DNA of 33,453 bases from Promethearchaeia archaeon (lineage in GTDB: Archaea; Asgardarchaeota; Lokiarchaeia; Sigyniarchaeales; SOKP01), in assembly GCA_029856155.1 (NCBI GenBank), contig JAHQWL010000056.1:1-33453 (forward strand). Direction: 5' to 3'. The notes beneath the pieces are model-generated. The model had not been told where the DNA came from and ran no database searches. It saw nothing but the letters and a program-made list of their open reading frames with translations. The position numbers and the translations under genes were made by a program. Shown piece by piece: positions 18,160-27,622 of this stretch (the stretch's first letter is position 1; each line of letters begins with the position of its first letter).

Positions 18160-18311
18160 ATTTTGCATAATCTAGGCTTAATCCTAATAGAAGTAATGAC
18201 TAGGAATTTTTTTAAAGAAGAAAAAAGCAACAATAATAAATATAAAATAATAAATAAATACTATAACAAATATAATAACAAAACAACACAACTACGTTAA
18301 AGTGAGTTTAT

Positions 18312-19043
18312 ATGGTATTGTATCAACTAGAAAGTCCAATGCGAATAATTACAATTTATGGTGCACAAGGACTCGTTTTTGCTTGGTTTGCTTATTTAGC
18401 ATACCGAATCCTTAAACGAGATAGAAAAAGATTGAATTTAATTTTCGCCGGATTTTATTTATCTGTAGTAGTAGGAACAATTTTTAACTTTATCTATGGA
18501 CCAATTGCGAATGAACAAGTTGTAGTTATTTTAAATTATTTTACAAACTTTGGCGCTTTTTATGCTCCAATATTTTTCGTCGTCTTTAACCTAATTTTGC
18601 TGAAATCAGAAAAAGTAATCACTCCAACAAAACAGCTTATCATATTTATTGGATATGGAATTTATATGTTTTGTATGATCTTTTTCGTGTTAGCTGGCCC
18701 AGGATGGGGGGTTGAACTTAATGCTACTACAAATTGGTCACCCGTATGGCATCTACCTTTCTTTCTATATGTATTCTTAGGTGTAACATTATTTTCAATT
18801 ATTCCTTTGTTGTATTTATCCTTTCAAGTTTATAAGAAATTTGAAGATGAACAATTAAAAAAGAAATGGAAATTTTTTATACTCGGTGTTATAGCGTTAA
18901 CTATCTTTATGTATACAATATTCTTTGCAAATTTCCTAAACATCCCAACATTAAGGACTATAATCGGACTAATCGGTATAATCTTAGCACTCATCGGCGG
19001 GTACTTAATGTATATTGGTGTGGGAAGACAACTAGAAAAATAA
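18312..19043 (+). CDS. Stand-alone 7-TM membrane protein (paralog 2 of tandem pair)
   Basis: Seven TM helices; NATTNWSPVW, LKKKWKFF, GVGRQLEK. Confidence 0.8.
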   Translation: MVLYQLESPMRIITIYGAQGLVFAWFAYLAYRILKRDRKRLNLIFAGFYLSVVVGTIFNFIYGPIANEQVVVILNYFTNFGAFYAPIFFVVFNLILLKSEKVITPTKQLIIFIGYGIYMFCMIFFVLAGPGWGVELNATTNWSPVWHLPFFLYVFLGVTLFSIIPLLYLSFQVYKKFEDEQLKKKWKFFILGVIALTIFMYTIFFANFLNIPTLRTIIGLIGIILALIGGYLMYIGVGRQLEK

Positions 19044-19048
19044 TATCT

Positions 19049-19111
19049 CATTTTATTTTTTTTAATTTACTTATATTTTTATTTTAGTTTTTTCAACTCA
19101 AATTTTATTTT
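19049..19111 (+). terminator. U-rich archaeal-type terminator region
   Basis: Multiple T tracts directly after the 18312-19043 stop codon. Confidence 0.45.
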
Positions 19112-19217
19112 GACTAATTACCATTAATATATATAATTAGATTCAAAAATAGCTTTAAAATTATAATCTTCTCAAATAAGAGTTTTTTTTCTTAAATCTT
19201 TAAATTGTGCTTCGTTT

Positions 19218-19565
19218 ATGATTGAAGAATTAATTAGAGTAAGAGGAATAGGTCCCACAGCTGCAGAGAGACTAATGAATGCAGGAGTTAAAAGCATTGA
19301 GGAAATTGCGCAGTCTAAAGCTGAGGAATTAGCTTGGATTAAAGGTATTGGTATGGTCTCTGCGAAGAATATAATTCAAAATGCTAAAGAATTACTTAAT
19401 TTAGAAAAAGGAATACAAAAAGTTTTAAATTCAATAAAGGAAAATTTTTCGAAAAGTTGTCCTAAATGCGGAGGGGACATGAACGAAAGATTAATAATTC
19501 TTGGCCCTGAGAGGAGATTAAGAGCAAATCAATGTGTATTATGTAAATTTTATTTACCAAAATAA
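19218..19565 (+). CDS. Helix-hairpin-helix (RadA N-domain-like) protein with C-terminal zinc ribbon
   Basis: VRGIGPTAAERL and IKGIGMVSAKNI HhH pair; CPKCGG...CVLC. Confidence 0.85.
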   Translation: MIEELIRVRGIGPTAAERLMNAGVKSIEEIAQSKAEELAWIKGIGMVSAKNIIQNAKELLNLEKGIQKVLNSIKENFSKSCPKCGGDMNERLIILGPERRLRANQCVLCKFYLPK

Positions 19566-19662
19566 TTATTAGTATTTATTAAACCACAAAAATTATTAGT
19601 ATAGAAAAAAAAAAAAATTTTGAAAATTATTTACCTTAATGAATAAATAAAATCGATCTATT

Positions 19663-20643
19663 TTGTTAAAAAAAGACGAGATTTATAAAGAGGATATAAA
19701 AGGAATAGAATTAATTTGTCCTGTATGTCATACGAAAAAACTAGTGAAAGTACCCAAAAAAGTGGTGGAAAATTCTAAAACTCTTTTAACTATTTCGGTC
19801 CCTTCAAATTATATATGTCAACATGGCTTTCAAGCGTATGTAGATAGATGGTTCTGTGTCAGAGGTTATCAAAATGCTGACCTTGAACTAGAAAATCTAG
19901 AAATTTATGAAACAGGTAGTAAAATTATTGAGGATATTGTCACTTATGCTGTTTCTTTAGTCATTAAAAAAATTATTAATAATTTAAAGAAGCATGAGGA
20001 AGATGGAGTAATTCTGGGGGGTACGTTATTTAATCAAAAAGGAAACGTCTTATATTTTTCTTTACCTGATGAAATATTTCTTAATATGATAGAACAGTTT
20101 GAACTTCAAAAAGTAAATCGTGAATTCAAACTAAAAAAAATGATTATTGAATTGGAAAATAATCAGAAAATAATATCCGAATTTCTAAAAGTGGAAAATT
20201 CCACTCTAACTCTTGTTATTCTTTTTCCTTCTGTTGTTAGTATCACTGATGCAGAATCCTATCTGAATGTTTTTAAAAAATTTGTTATGGAGTATGAGGA
20301 TCCTATAGAAGTAAAAAAGAAAGAGCAATTAAGAATGAAAAAAATAGAGGACGCTCAAAAACGGAAAGCTAAAGGGAAAGTACCAACAAATTTTTGGGTT
20401 TATTCAAAAATAACCAGTGAAGTGCCTTTGGAAGAATTAACGAGTATTTATATTGATACATTAGGGATCGAAATTGATAAAAAGAATATCTTAAATATAG
20501 AAGAAATTATAGAGATTAGTAAAAGTAAAATATTTGAAGGTAAAATTTATTTGTCTAACAAATTTGTAAATTTAATGGAGGGTTTAGCATTAACCATGAA
20601 AGATGCATCAATATTGTTAAGTAAATTAAATAAAAAACCATAA
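19663..20643 (+). CDS. Zn-binding N-domain fused to a roadblock/longin-like domain
   Basis: CPVC...ICQHGFQAYVD..F.VRGYQ; ILGGTLFNQKGNVLYFSLP beta-hairpin; TTG start. Confidence 0.65.
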   Translation: MLKKDEIYKEDIKGIELICPVCHTKKLVKVPKKVVENSKTLLTISVPSNYICQHGFQAYVDRWFCVRGYQNADLELENLEIYETGSKIIEDIVTYAVSLVIKKIINNLKKHEEDGVILGGTLFNQKGNVLYFSLPDEIFLNMIEQFELQKVNREFKLKKMIIELENNQKIISEFLKVENSTLTLVILFPSVVSITDAESYLNVFKKFVMEYEDPIEVKKKEQLRMKKIEDAQKRKAKGKVPTNFWVYSKITSEVPLEELTSIYIDTLGIEIDKKNILNIEEIIEISKSKIFEGKIYLSNKFVNLMEGLALTMKDASILLSKLNKKP

Positions 20644-20674
20644 GAAACATTATTTCTGTATATCTAATTTAAAT

Positions 20675-21643
20675 TCATATCCAAAATGTAAACAGAAATA
20701 TATAAGATGTAAAGTAAAGCGATATAAATAGAATTCCTGCTTTTTTATCTATTTTCCTTCTTATAGCAATTGTTATAAAGACGATGAAACTTGCCATTAA
20801 AGTATACAAGACTGTAGGAACAGCAAGTGCTGCGGTTATATAATTAGGATTTTGATTAAATACAACGTGTCCTATGCCAATAGAAAGCGTAGAATCTACT
20901 ATGCAAGAGCCCACTATATCACCCATAGCGATTTGATGATGTCCCAATCTTAAAGCATTGATATCAACAGCCAATTCTGGAAGCGAGGTGCCTATCGCAA
21001 CTATAAAGAAACTTAAGATGTATTCATGAATGTTTAGATAACTTGAAATAAATAAAACTGATTCTACAATCATAAAAGACGCTATAGTTACACCAACAAA
21101 TCCTATTGCTGCTATTAAGAGGTGTAACTTTTTACTTTTGGGTGTTTCTATTTTCTCAATCATTTCTACTCTTTGTAGAATACTTTCCTTATTAGCATTG
21201 TAAATTAACCAAATATAAATTCCTAAACATCCAACCATCAAAATGGCGTTTAATCTGGTAATATAACCTTTCTCAACAATTGTAAAGATTAATATTAAGG
21301 ATAAAATTTCACATGCTCCCAAAATAATTATATCCTTTCTATGAATATAGAACATCCCAGAAACTAATGGTAAAATTCCAAAAATTAAAGTAAGTTGTGT
21401 CAAATCTGAACCTACAGAATCACCAACATCAATATCTCCATGCCCTAATGAGACAGATATAAGTGAATTAAAGATTTCTGAAATATCCGTTCCTATAGAA
21501 ACTAGGGATACTCCAATTATTAAAGGTGAGACCCCTAATGCAGCAGCAAGAATAGCAGAATGTTTTACAGCCTTCATACTAGAGTAAATAATAAGAGCGA
21601 TTCCACCAATAAGAACCAAAAAGGCTAAAATTATTTGAAACAT
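20675..21643 (-). CDS. Ca2+/Na+ antiporter (CaCA, YrbG-like)
   Basis: GVSPLIIG, SIGTDISE, AIGTSLPEL, GDIVGS. Confidence 0.9.
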   Translation of the reverse strand: MFQIILAFLVLIGGIALIIYSSMKAVKHSAILAAALGVSPLIIGVSLVSIGTDISEIFNSLISVSLGHGDIDVGDSVGSDLTQLTLIFGILPLVSGMFYIHRKDIIILGACEILSLILIFTIVEKGYITRLNAILMVGCLGIYIWLIYNANKESILQRVEMIEKIETPKSKKLHLLIAAIGFVGVTIASFMIVESVLFISSYLNIHEYILSFFIVAIGTSLPELAVDINALRLGHHQIAMGDIVGSCIVDSTLSIGIGHVVFNQNPNYITAALAVPTVLYTLMASFIVFITIAIRRKIDKKAGILFISLYFTSYIFLFTFWI

Positions 21644-21904
21644 AATCCACTTTTTTAATCTTTTGAATTTTTTTTTCCATCCCTATAAATTATAGAGTAG
21701 CTGAATAATTGAAGCCCTCAGTGTTTCAAATGTACAAAATTGTGAAAGAGATATTTTGTATTCAAAGAACTTCTAAGTTATAATCGTCCAGATGTTATAA
21801 AGGTAAAGTTATATATATAATTATCCAATTTTTATCCAAAAAGATCCATAGAAAATCCAAAAAAATAGTAAACTTATTATATAAAACTGTTCAAAAAATA
21901 ACTA

Positions 21905-22060
21905 ATGGAAAACGAAAAACATGAATTCCATATTGCTCTTGAAAAAGAATTATTTGAAAAATTAGAAAATATCAAAGATTATCATGGAATTAAAAATATA
22001 ACTGAAATTATTAGATTTTTGATTACTAAAGAATATAGAGAAATAAAAAAGTCTGAATGA
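21905..22060 (+). CDS. Ribbon-helix-helix (CopG/Arc-like) DNA-binding protein, 51 aa, absent from the ORF track
   Basis: MENEKHEFHIALEKELFEKLENIKDYHGIKNITEIIRFLITKEYREIKKSE: beta strand, helix, G-turn, TEIIR helix. Confidence 0.75.
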   Translation: MENEKHEFHIALEKELFEKLENIKDYHGIKNITEIIRFLITKEYREIKKSE

Positions 22061-22094
22061 ATTCAAAAATTTCTTTTAAATCCTAAATTTTATT

Positions 22095-22850
22095 TCAAGA
22101 ATTTATTATTTTAAGCAATTCAGTAAAAATTTCACCAGCACTACCTTTTAGAAATACATCTGCAAGATCATCCATAATTGTATTTTCTCGATTAATAAAA
22201 ATCAGCTGAGCACCATATTGCTTGGCAATTGATGGCATAAAATTAGCTGGTGAAACTAATAGTGAACTTCCTACCACGATTAGACAATCTGCATTAGAAC
22301 ATTCATTCATTGCACCTTCTAAAACACCATGAGGGAGTGATTCACCAAACAATACAACTTTCGGTTTAATATAGCCAGAGCACTCGCATACAGGATAATT
22401 CACGTCTTTAGTATTGATTTCATCAAAACTAAATTCTTTATTACATTTTACACAATGAAGTTTTCCATACTCTCCATGTAATTGATAAATATTTGCTCCA
22501 TATTTTCCACTTCCTGCTTTTTGATGCAACATATCGATATTTTGAGTAATAACTGCTTTTACTTTTCCCATTTTTTCTAATTCAGCAATAGCTATATGCG
22601 CTTGATTAGGATCTGCTGTACCAACTAAATCTTCAACTTCCTTATGCATTTTCCAGAATAAAGAAGGATCTTCTAAAAAATATTGATAACTCGCATATAT
22701 ACTAGGTTCATATCTTTCCCATAAACCTCCTGGGCTACGAAAGTCATCAATTCCGGATTCTGTAGAAATACCTGCTCCAGAAAATACTACAATATAATTG
22801 GAATTTTTGATGATGAGTGCTGCATCAAACAATTGTTCTTGATCAATCAT
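22095..22850 (-). CDS. cobB: NAD-dependent protein deacylase, Sir2 family
   Basis: GAGISTESGIDDFR, ITQNIDMLHQKAG, LHG, CVKC/CEC, KPKVVLFGE, VGSSL. Confidence 0.95.
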   Translation of the reverse strand: MIDQEQLFDAALIIKNSNYIVVFSGAGISTESGIDDFRSPGGLWERYEPSIYASYQYFLEDPSLFWKMHKEVEDLVGTADPNQAHIAIAELEKMGKVKAVITQNIDMLHQKAGSGKYGANIYQLHGEYGKLHCVKCNKEFSFDEINTKDVNYPVCECSGYIKPKVVLFGESLPHGVLEGAMNECSNADCLIVVGSSLLVSPANFMPSIAKQYGAQLIFINRENTIMDDLADVFLKGSAGEIFTELLKIINS

Positions 22851-22886
22851 ATTAATAAAACTGAATCATTAAAGCAATTAATTATA

Positions 22887-23561
22887 TTAAAAATTATAAA
22901 ATTTTCCTTTATCTTTCAAATTAAAAACTCCAAATCTTTGCCTGCGTACTTCTTTCATAGCTTCGGTCTGCCATACCATATCCTTAGTATAAAATTGAGA
23001 TTTATGTATTTTTAATGCTTCATAAACTTTAAATCTTAAGTCTCCTAGTTTGATTTTAATTAAGTGGTCTCCCTGAGCTTTTAATGGATTATAGAGGGTG
23101 TAAACGTAGAATTCAAGGTTCTTTAAATTGAGTTCTTCAGCAATTCTAATTGCAATATCATGGGTAGCTTGATGATCTTGGTGTTTATTGTTATCACTTG
23201 GAATTACAAATCTATCAGCATTTCTTATAATATATCTAATCAAGTCGACAGCCTTATCGATATTTTTATTTAATTCGGCATCATAAAATTTCAGAAAATG
23301 TCTATTTTCTTTTTTTACACCTAAAAACTCACCTGCAGCATCTGCTTCGGCTAATCTAATTTTCGCAAGTTCATCCTCTGTAATTCTTGTTTGTTCACAA
23401 TCTTCAAGGGTATTCTCCTGTCTTGCTTTTCGGTATCCTGCTCTGCCATCAGTAAACCAAATAATATGAACATCATTGCCTTCTTGAAGCCACTTCATAA
23501 TTGTTCCCCCTGCACCATAACTTTCATCATCTGGATGTGGGGCAAAAATTATTATTTTCAT
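22887..23561 (-). CDS. PIG-L/LmbE family deacetylase
   Basis: APHPDDESYGAGG, TDG, RLAE, HQDH, HKSQ. Confidence 0.92.
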   Translation of the reverse strand: MKIIIFAPHPDDESYGAGGTIMKWLQEGNDVHIIWFTDGRAGYRKARQENTLEDCEQTRITEDELAKIRLAEADAAGEFLGVKKENRHFLKFYDAELNKNIDKAVDLIRYIIRNADRFVIPSDNNKHQDHQATHDIAIRIAEELNLKNLEFYVYTLYNPLKAQGDHLIKIKLGDLRFKVYEALKIHKSQFYTKDMVWQTEAMKEVRRQRFGVFNLKDKGKFYNF

Positions 23562-23731
23562 TTTAAACCATTAATTTAATATTAATCTCTATATTTAAAT
23601 AAAGAAAAGTAGAGTGATTAAATATTGCTTTCCTTTTTGCCTATATTGACTATTTTATAAAACCCCTCCTAAGGAATTTAATATTGCATTAGATATAGAT
23701 ATAGTAGATTTTTAGAAGTGAGAAAGAATAA

Positions 23732-25132
23732 ATGAATGAAAAATGTGAAATTCTTATTGTAGGTGCAGGAACTGCTGGTACCTATTTAGGATGGCTCCTT
23801 GCTAAAAAAGGATTTTCAGTAGTTATTATTGAAAAGGATAAGAGGGAGGAGGTAGGAAAAAGATTGGATGTGATTCATTTTGAATCAGATAGGGTTGAGA
23901 AAGCAGGTATTCCACCATTTCAAGTAGGAGCACCAGATTGCATTGAAATTAGAGATGTTTCGACAGTAGTTACTCCAGATTTCAAAAAAGAGTTAAAAAT
24001 TAGAGCTTTACAAACTATTGTACGTTTAACACCATTTTTAAACCGAATGTATTCAGTATTAGAATCTGACGGGGTTAAATTGGAATTTACATGTAAATTT
24101 AAAAGTCTGATTATTGAGAACAATCAAATAGTCGGTTTAGTTGCTGAAAAAGGAGGAAAGAGCATAGAATATCGAACAGAACTTGTTATAGATGCTTCCG
24201 GTAAAGCTGCAGTTATAAGAACATCCTTACCTGAAGATTATGGCGTAGAAACATTCAATTTAGGACCTAATGATGTTATGTATGTCCTCTTACAATATAT
24301 CAAGTGGGAAAAACCAGAAGAGCCTCACCCAACCGCAAACACGGATTATAATTGGTGGTTATTATGGTTTGGTCCATCTTATGATCCAGAAGGAGCAATA
24401 TTAGGGGTTGGTCAACCCGGATCTTTTGATAATGCTCGGTTAGCGCGTGAAGATTTTCTTAAAAGAGCAGATCTACCTCCTTATGAAATAATCAAAAAAG
24501 AACAAGGAAGTACTCCATATAGAAGACCACCACATTCTTTAGTTGCGGATAGATTTTTATGTATTGGAGATGCTGCTGCAATTACCTATCCTTTTTCAGG
24601 CCATGGAGTAACAGCAACTTGGGTATTATGTATGATTGCTTCGGATGTTATAGAAGAAAATCTAAAGAATGGAAAGGATTTAACTAGGGATGTACTCTGG
24701 GAAATCAATGTGAGATATTATAGAAATCAGGGGGCAAAATTTGCAAGTCTTTTTACTCAATTGTCAGGAGTTTTGAATTTTAATGAAAAGGAATGGGATT
24801 ATTTTCTAAAGAAAGGATTGATTTATCAAACTGGAGAGGGAGAAGATATACCTGAGCCAAATAAAGAGTATGAAGAAGAGATGAGTATGGGTGAAATGCT
24901 GAATTTCTTATTCAAAATTTTGGGAGGTCTATTTCGCAGAAAATTGTCTTTTAAACATATGAAGAGTTTATTACAAGCAAATGGACTTGCTGGAAAAATA
25001 AAGAAACATTATGAAAATTATCCAGAAAATATAAAAGAATTTGATGATTGGGTCAAAAAGTCTCAAGAATTGTGGACTCAGAAAAAAACAGCAGTAAAGA
25101 AACTTCCCTCAGTAACTATTGAATATCATTAA
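23732..25132 (+). CDS. FAD-dependent oxidoreductase, geranylgeranyl reductase-like superfamily
   Basis: IVGAGTAG Rossmann motif, VIDASG, IGDAAAITYPFSGHG. Confidence 0.85.
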   Translation: MNEKCEILIVGAGTAGTYLGWLLAKKGFSVVIIEKDKREEVGKRLDVIHFESDRVEKAGIPPFQVGAPDCIEIRDVSTVVTPDFKKELKIRALQTIVRLTPFLNRMYSVLESDGVKLEFTCKFKSLIIENNQIVGLVAEKGGKSIEYRTELVIDASGKAAVIRTSLPEDYGVETFNLGPNDVMYVLLQYIKWEKPEEPHPTANTDYNWWLLWFGPSYDPEGAILGVGQPGSFDNARLAREDFLKRADLPPYEIIKKEQGSTPYRRPPHSLVADRFLCIGDAAAITYPFSGHGVTATWVLCMIASDVIEENLKNGKDLTRDVLWEINVRYYRNQGAKFASLFTQLSGVLNFNEKEWDYFLKKGLIYQTGEGEDIPEPNKEYEEEMSMGEMLNFLFKILGGLFRRKLSFKHMKSLLQANGLAGKIKKHYENYPENIKEFDDWVKKSQELWTQKKTAVKKLPSVTIEYH

Positions 25133-25318
25133 TATAAATATTTACTTGGATTTTTGACATAAGATTCAATTCTGAGCTTTTATAAACAGTTATAAATCTT
25201 AACGTTTAAAAGATATCTAATATAAAATTTATTAATTTTTGAAAAATATAGGCTTCTCAAAAACATCAAAATTATAAGTTTTTAAGGAAGTTATATTAAA
25301 GAAAGGGAGTCTAGAAAT

Positions 25319-26737
25319 ATGTTAGAAAAAACAAATGAAGTAGTTTCTTATAAAAAAAGTATAATGGCTTCATATGGGTCAAGAGAGCTTTTCGGACAAT
25401 GGATAAGTGCTGCTTTTGGATTTTATGTATTCTTTTTTTATGAAAACGTAATAAAATTACCCGTAACCTTAGCCGCATTAGCATTTACGATTTACTCTAT
25501 ATGGAATGCCGTAAATGACCCCTTTATTGGTTGGTTAATGGAAAAAATTCATATGCCTTGGGAGAAAAAAGGGTATAAACGATTTCCCTGGATGATGATT
25601 GGCGCAATTCCTTGGTTAATTACATACTTACTTATCTTTCTAGTACCAGCGGCTTGGCATGCAGACCCTATAGGGAATCAATGGTTGATCTTCTGGTGGT
25701 TTTTAGGAACGCTAATTCTTTATGATACAGTATTAACGTTATATGATGTAAATGTGATTTCCGTGTATCCTGATAAATTTCGTGGATTGAAAGAAAGGAG
25801 GACTGTTCAAGGGTATGGAACGATACTGGGAATTCTAGGTCTTGTTCTTGCTTTCATAGTACCCTCATTTTTCATAGAGAAATATGTTGCTCAAACTTAT
25901 GTAAACGCAGCGATTTTTAGTGTAATTTTCGGTTCCATCTTGTTCTTATTTATTATTCCTGGAGTTTATGAAGATAAAAAAGTTAGAAGCTTATATCAAC
26001 AAAGAAAAGATACTAACCAAATTATTGAAGTAGAACCTTTTATTAAATCAACTGTTAGGGTTTTTAAAGATAGGACATTCATGATGAAAGTCATATTTTT
26101 CTTTGGATACCAAGTAGGAGGGGTAATGATTCAAACATCGGCATTATATGTCTCATTTAATCTATTACTAATGGAAGACGAGGCGATTATTTCCTTATTA
26201 GGAGCAATGCTCCTTGGAGCACTCATTTCAACACCAATATGGACTAGTATTTCACATAAAGTTAATGATAATAGAAAAATGAGTATAGCAGCAGGTATTT
26301 TGTTATTTGTTACATTCTTACCTTTAATTTTTGCGTCAGATGTAATAAGCTGGTCAATATTTTTATTCTTTTTTGGTATGGGTATAGGGGGTCATTGGTA
26401 TGTTGATCCTCCCACAATGGGAGATATACTTGACGATATTGCAGTTAGAACTGGAAAAAGTCAACAATCAATATATTATGGCTTTCAATCATTTTTCATT
26501 AAATTTGGTCAAGCATTCATCGCAATAACAATAGCATTAAGCCATGTGTTTACTGGCTATGTACCTGGTCAAGCAGTGCAGGATGGGTTAGCCCTATTTG
26601 GAATTAGGATTCACACAGCGATAGTACCTGCGATTATTGTTCTGATTACATTAATCTTGTTCTGGAAATACTATAAGCTTACACCAGACAAAGTTGCTGA
26701 AAATAAGAGAAAGTTAGCGGAGATGGGCTTACGATAA
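25319..26737 (+). CDS. MFS transporter, glycoside-pentoside-hexuronide (GPH/MelB-like) family
   Basis: IWNAVNDPFIG, KRFPW, DILDD...TG, about 12 TM helices, YKLT tail. Confidence 0.9.
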   Translation: MLEKTNEVVSYKKSIMASYGSRELFGQWISAAFGFYVFFFYENVIKLPVTLAALAFTIYSIWNAVNDPFIGWLMEKIHMPWEKKGYKRFPWMMIGAIPWLITYLLIFLVPAAWHADPIGNQWLIFWWFLGTLILYDTVLTLYDVNVISVYPDKFRGLKERRTVQGYGTILGILGLVLAFIVPSFFIEKYVAQTYVNAAIFSVIFGSILFLFIIPGVYEDKKVRSLYQQRKDTNQIIEVEPFIKSTVRVFKDRTFMMKVIFFFGYQVGGVMIQTSALYVSFNLLLMEDEAIISLLGAMLLGALISTPIWTSISHKVNDNRKMSIAAGILLFVTFLPLIFASDVISWSIFLFFFGMGIGGHWYVDPPTMGDILDDIAVRTGKSQQSIYYGFQSFFIKFGQAFIAITIALSHVFTGYVPGQAVQDGLALFGIRIHTAIVPAIIVLITLILFWKYYKLTPDKVAENKRKLAEMGLR

Positions 26738-26740
26738 AAC

Positions 26741-26775
26741 TTAATTTTTTTTTTTTATTTTATTTTTTAATTTTG
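26741..26775 (+). terminator. U-rich terminator after the MFS gene
   Basis: Long T tracts immediately after the stop at 26737. Confidence 0.55.
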
Positions 26776-26978
26776 ACATAAAATACAAATTATAATACCA
26801 AATATAAGAATTCCACCACCTCCACATCAAAAAAAAAGAAAAAAAGTTCTAAAGCACTTCAAATTATTGTACCAGAGATCGATTTTGTATATAAAATTAA
26901 CAAGTGATAATTTAAAAAAACGAAAATTAATTTCTATATTCAATTTAATCTTGAAAATTTGTATGTTTGTGTTTAAAA

Positions 26979-27614
26979 ATGGATGTATTTGAAAAAATCA
27001 AAGAATTTAAAATCATACCTGTTGCTATTATAAATAATGTGAATGACGCGATTCCATTAGGAAAAGCCTTAATTGAAGCAGGACTTCCAGTTATAGAAGT
27101 TACGTTTAGAACTGAAGCAGCTGCTGAATCCATTAAAAAACTAACTAAAGAACTACCAAATCTTTTTGTTGGAGCGGGTACAGTTCTAAAAGTTGATCAA
27201 GTCAAGAAAGCTGTAGAAGCTGGTGCTCAATTCATAGTAACTCCAGGCTTCAATCCTAAAGTTGTAGATTATTGCGTAGAGCAAAATATCCCCATTATTC
27301 CTGGGCTGAATACTCCAACAATGGTAGAATGGGCACTTGACCGGGGTGTAAAAGTAGTAAAATTTTTCCCCGCTAATCTTTCTGGTGGACCAAAAATGCT
27401 TAGAAGCTTAGCAGGTCCCTACCCTGATATGAGATTTATGCCTACGGGAGGGATAAACAATGATTCCTTGAATAAATATTTGGAATTACCTAATGTAATT
27501 GCATGCGGAGGAAGTTGGATAGTGAGAAAAGAATTAATTTCTGAAGGTAAATTTGAAGAAATCAAGAAATTGATAAAAGAAGCAATTTCAAGAACCGAAC
27601 ATAATATGGTTTAA
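26979..27614 (+). CDS. eda: 2-dehydro-3-deoxyphosphogluconate / 4-hydroxy-2-oxoglutarate aldolase
   Basis: IEVTFRT, VGAGTVL, FIVTPG, VKFFPA (Schiff-base Lys), FMPTGGI, CGGSW. Confidence 0.95.
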   Translation: MDVFEKIKEFKIIPVAIINNVNDAIPLGKALIEAGLPVIEVTFRTEAAAESIKKLTKELPNLFVGAGTVLKVDQVKKAVEAGAQFIVTPGFNPKVVDYCVEQNIPIIPGLNTPTMVEWALDRGVKVVKFFPANLSGGPKMLRSLAGPYPDMRFMPTGGINNDSLNKYLELPNVIACGGSWIVRKELISEGKFEEIKKLIKEAISRTEHNMV

Positions 27615-27622
27615 ATGTGCAA

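Noticed and set aside
19604-19617. Long poly-A run as a phase-variation site
   Set aside because: Intergenic homopolymers are common throughout this AT-rich window
22095-22850. Sir2 as an anti-phage effector (Thoeris/DSR type)
   Set aside because: Canonical Zn-binding CobB-like deacylase motifs, normal length and no defence partners nearby
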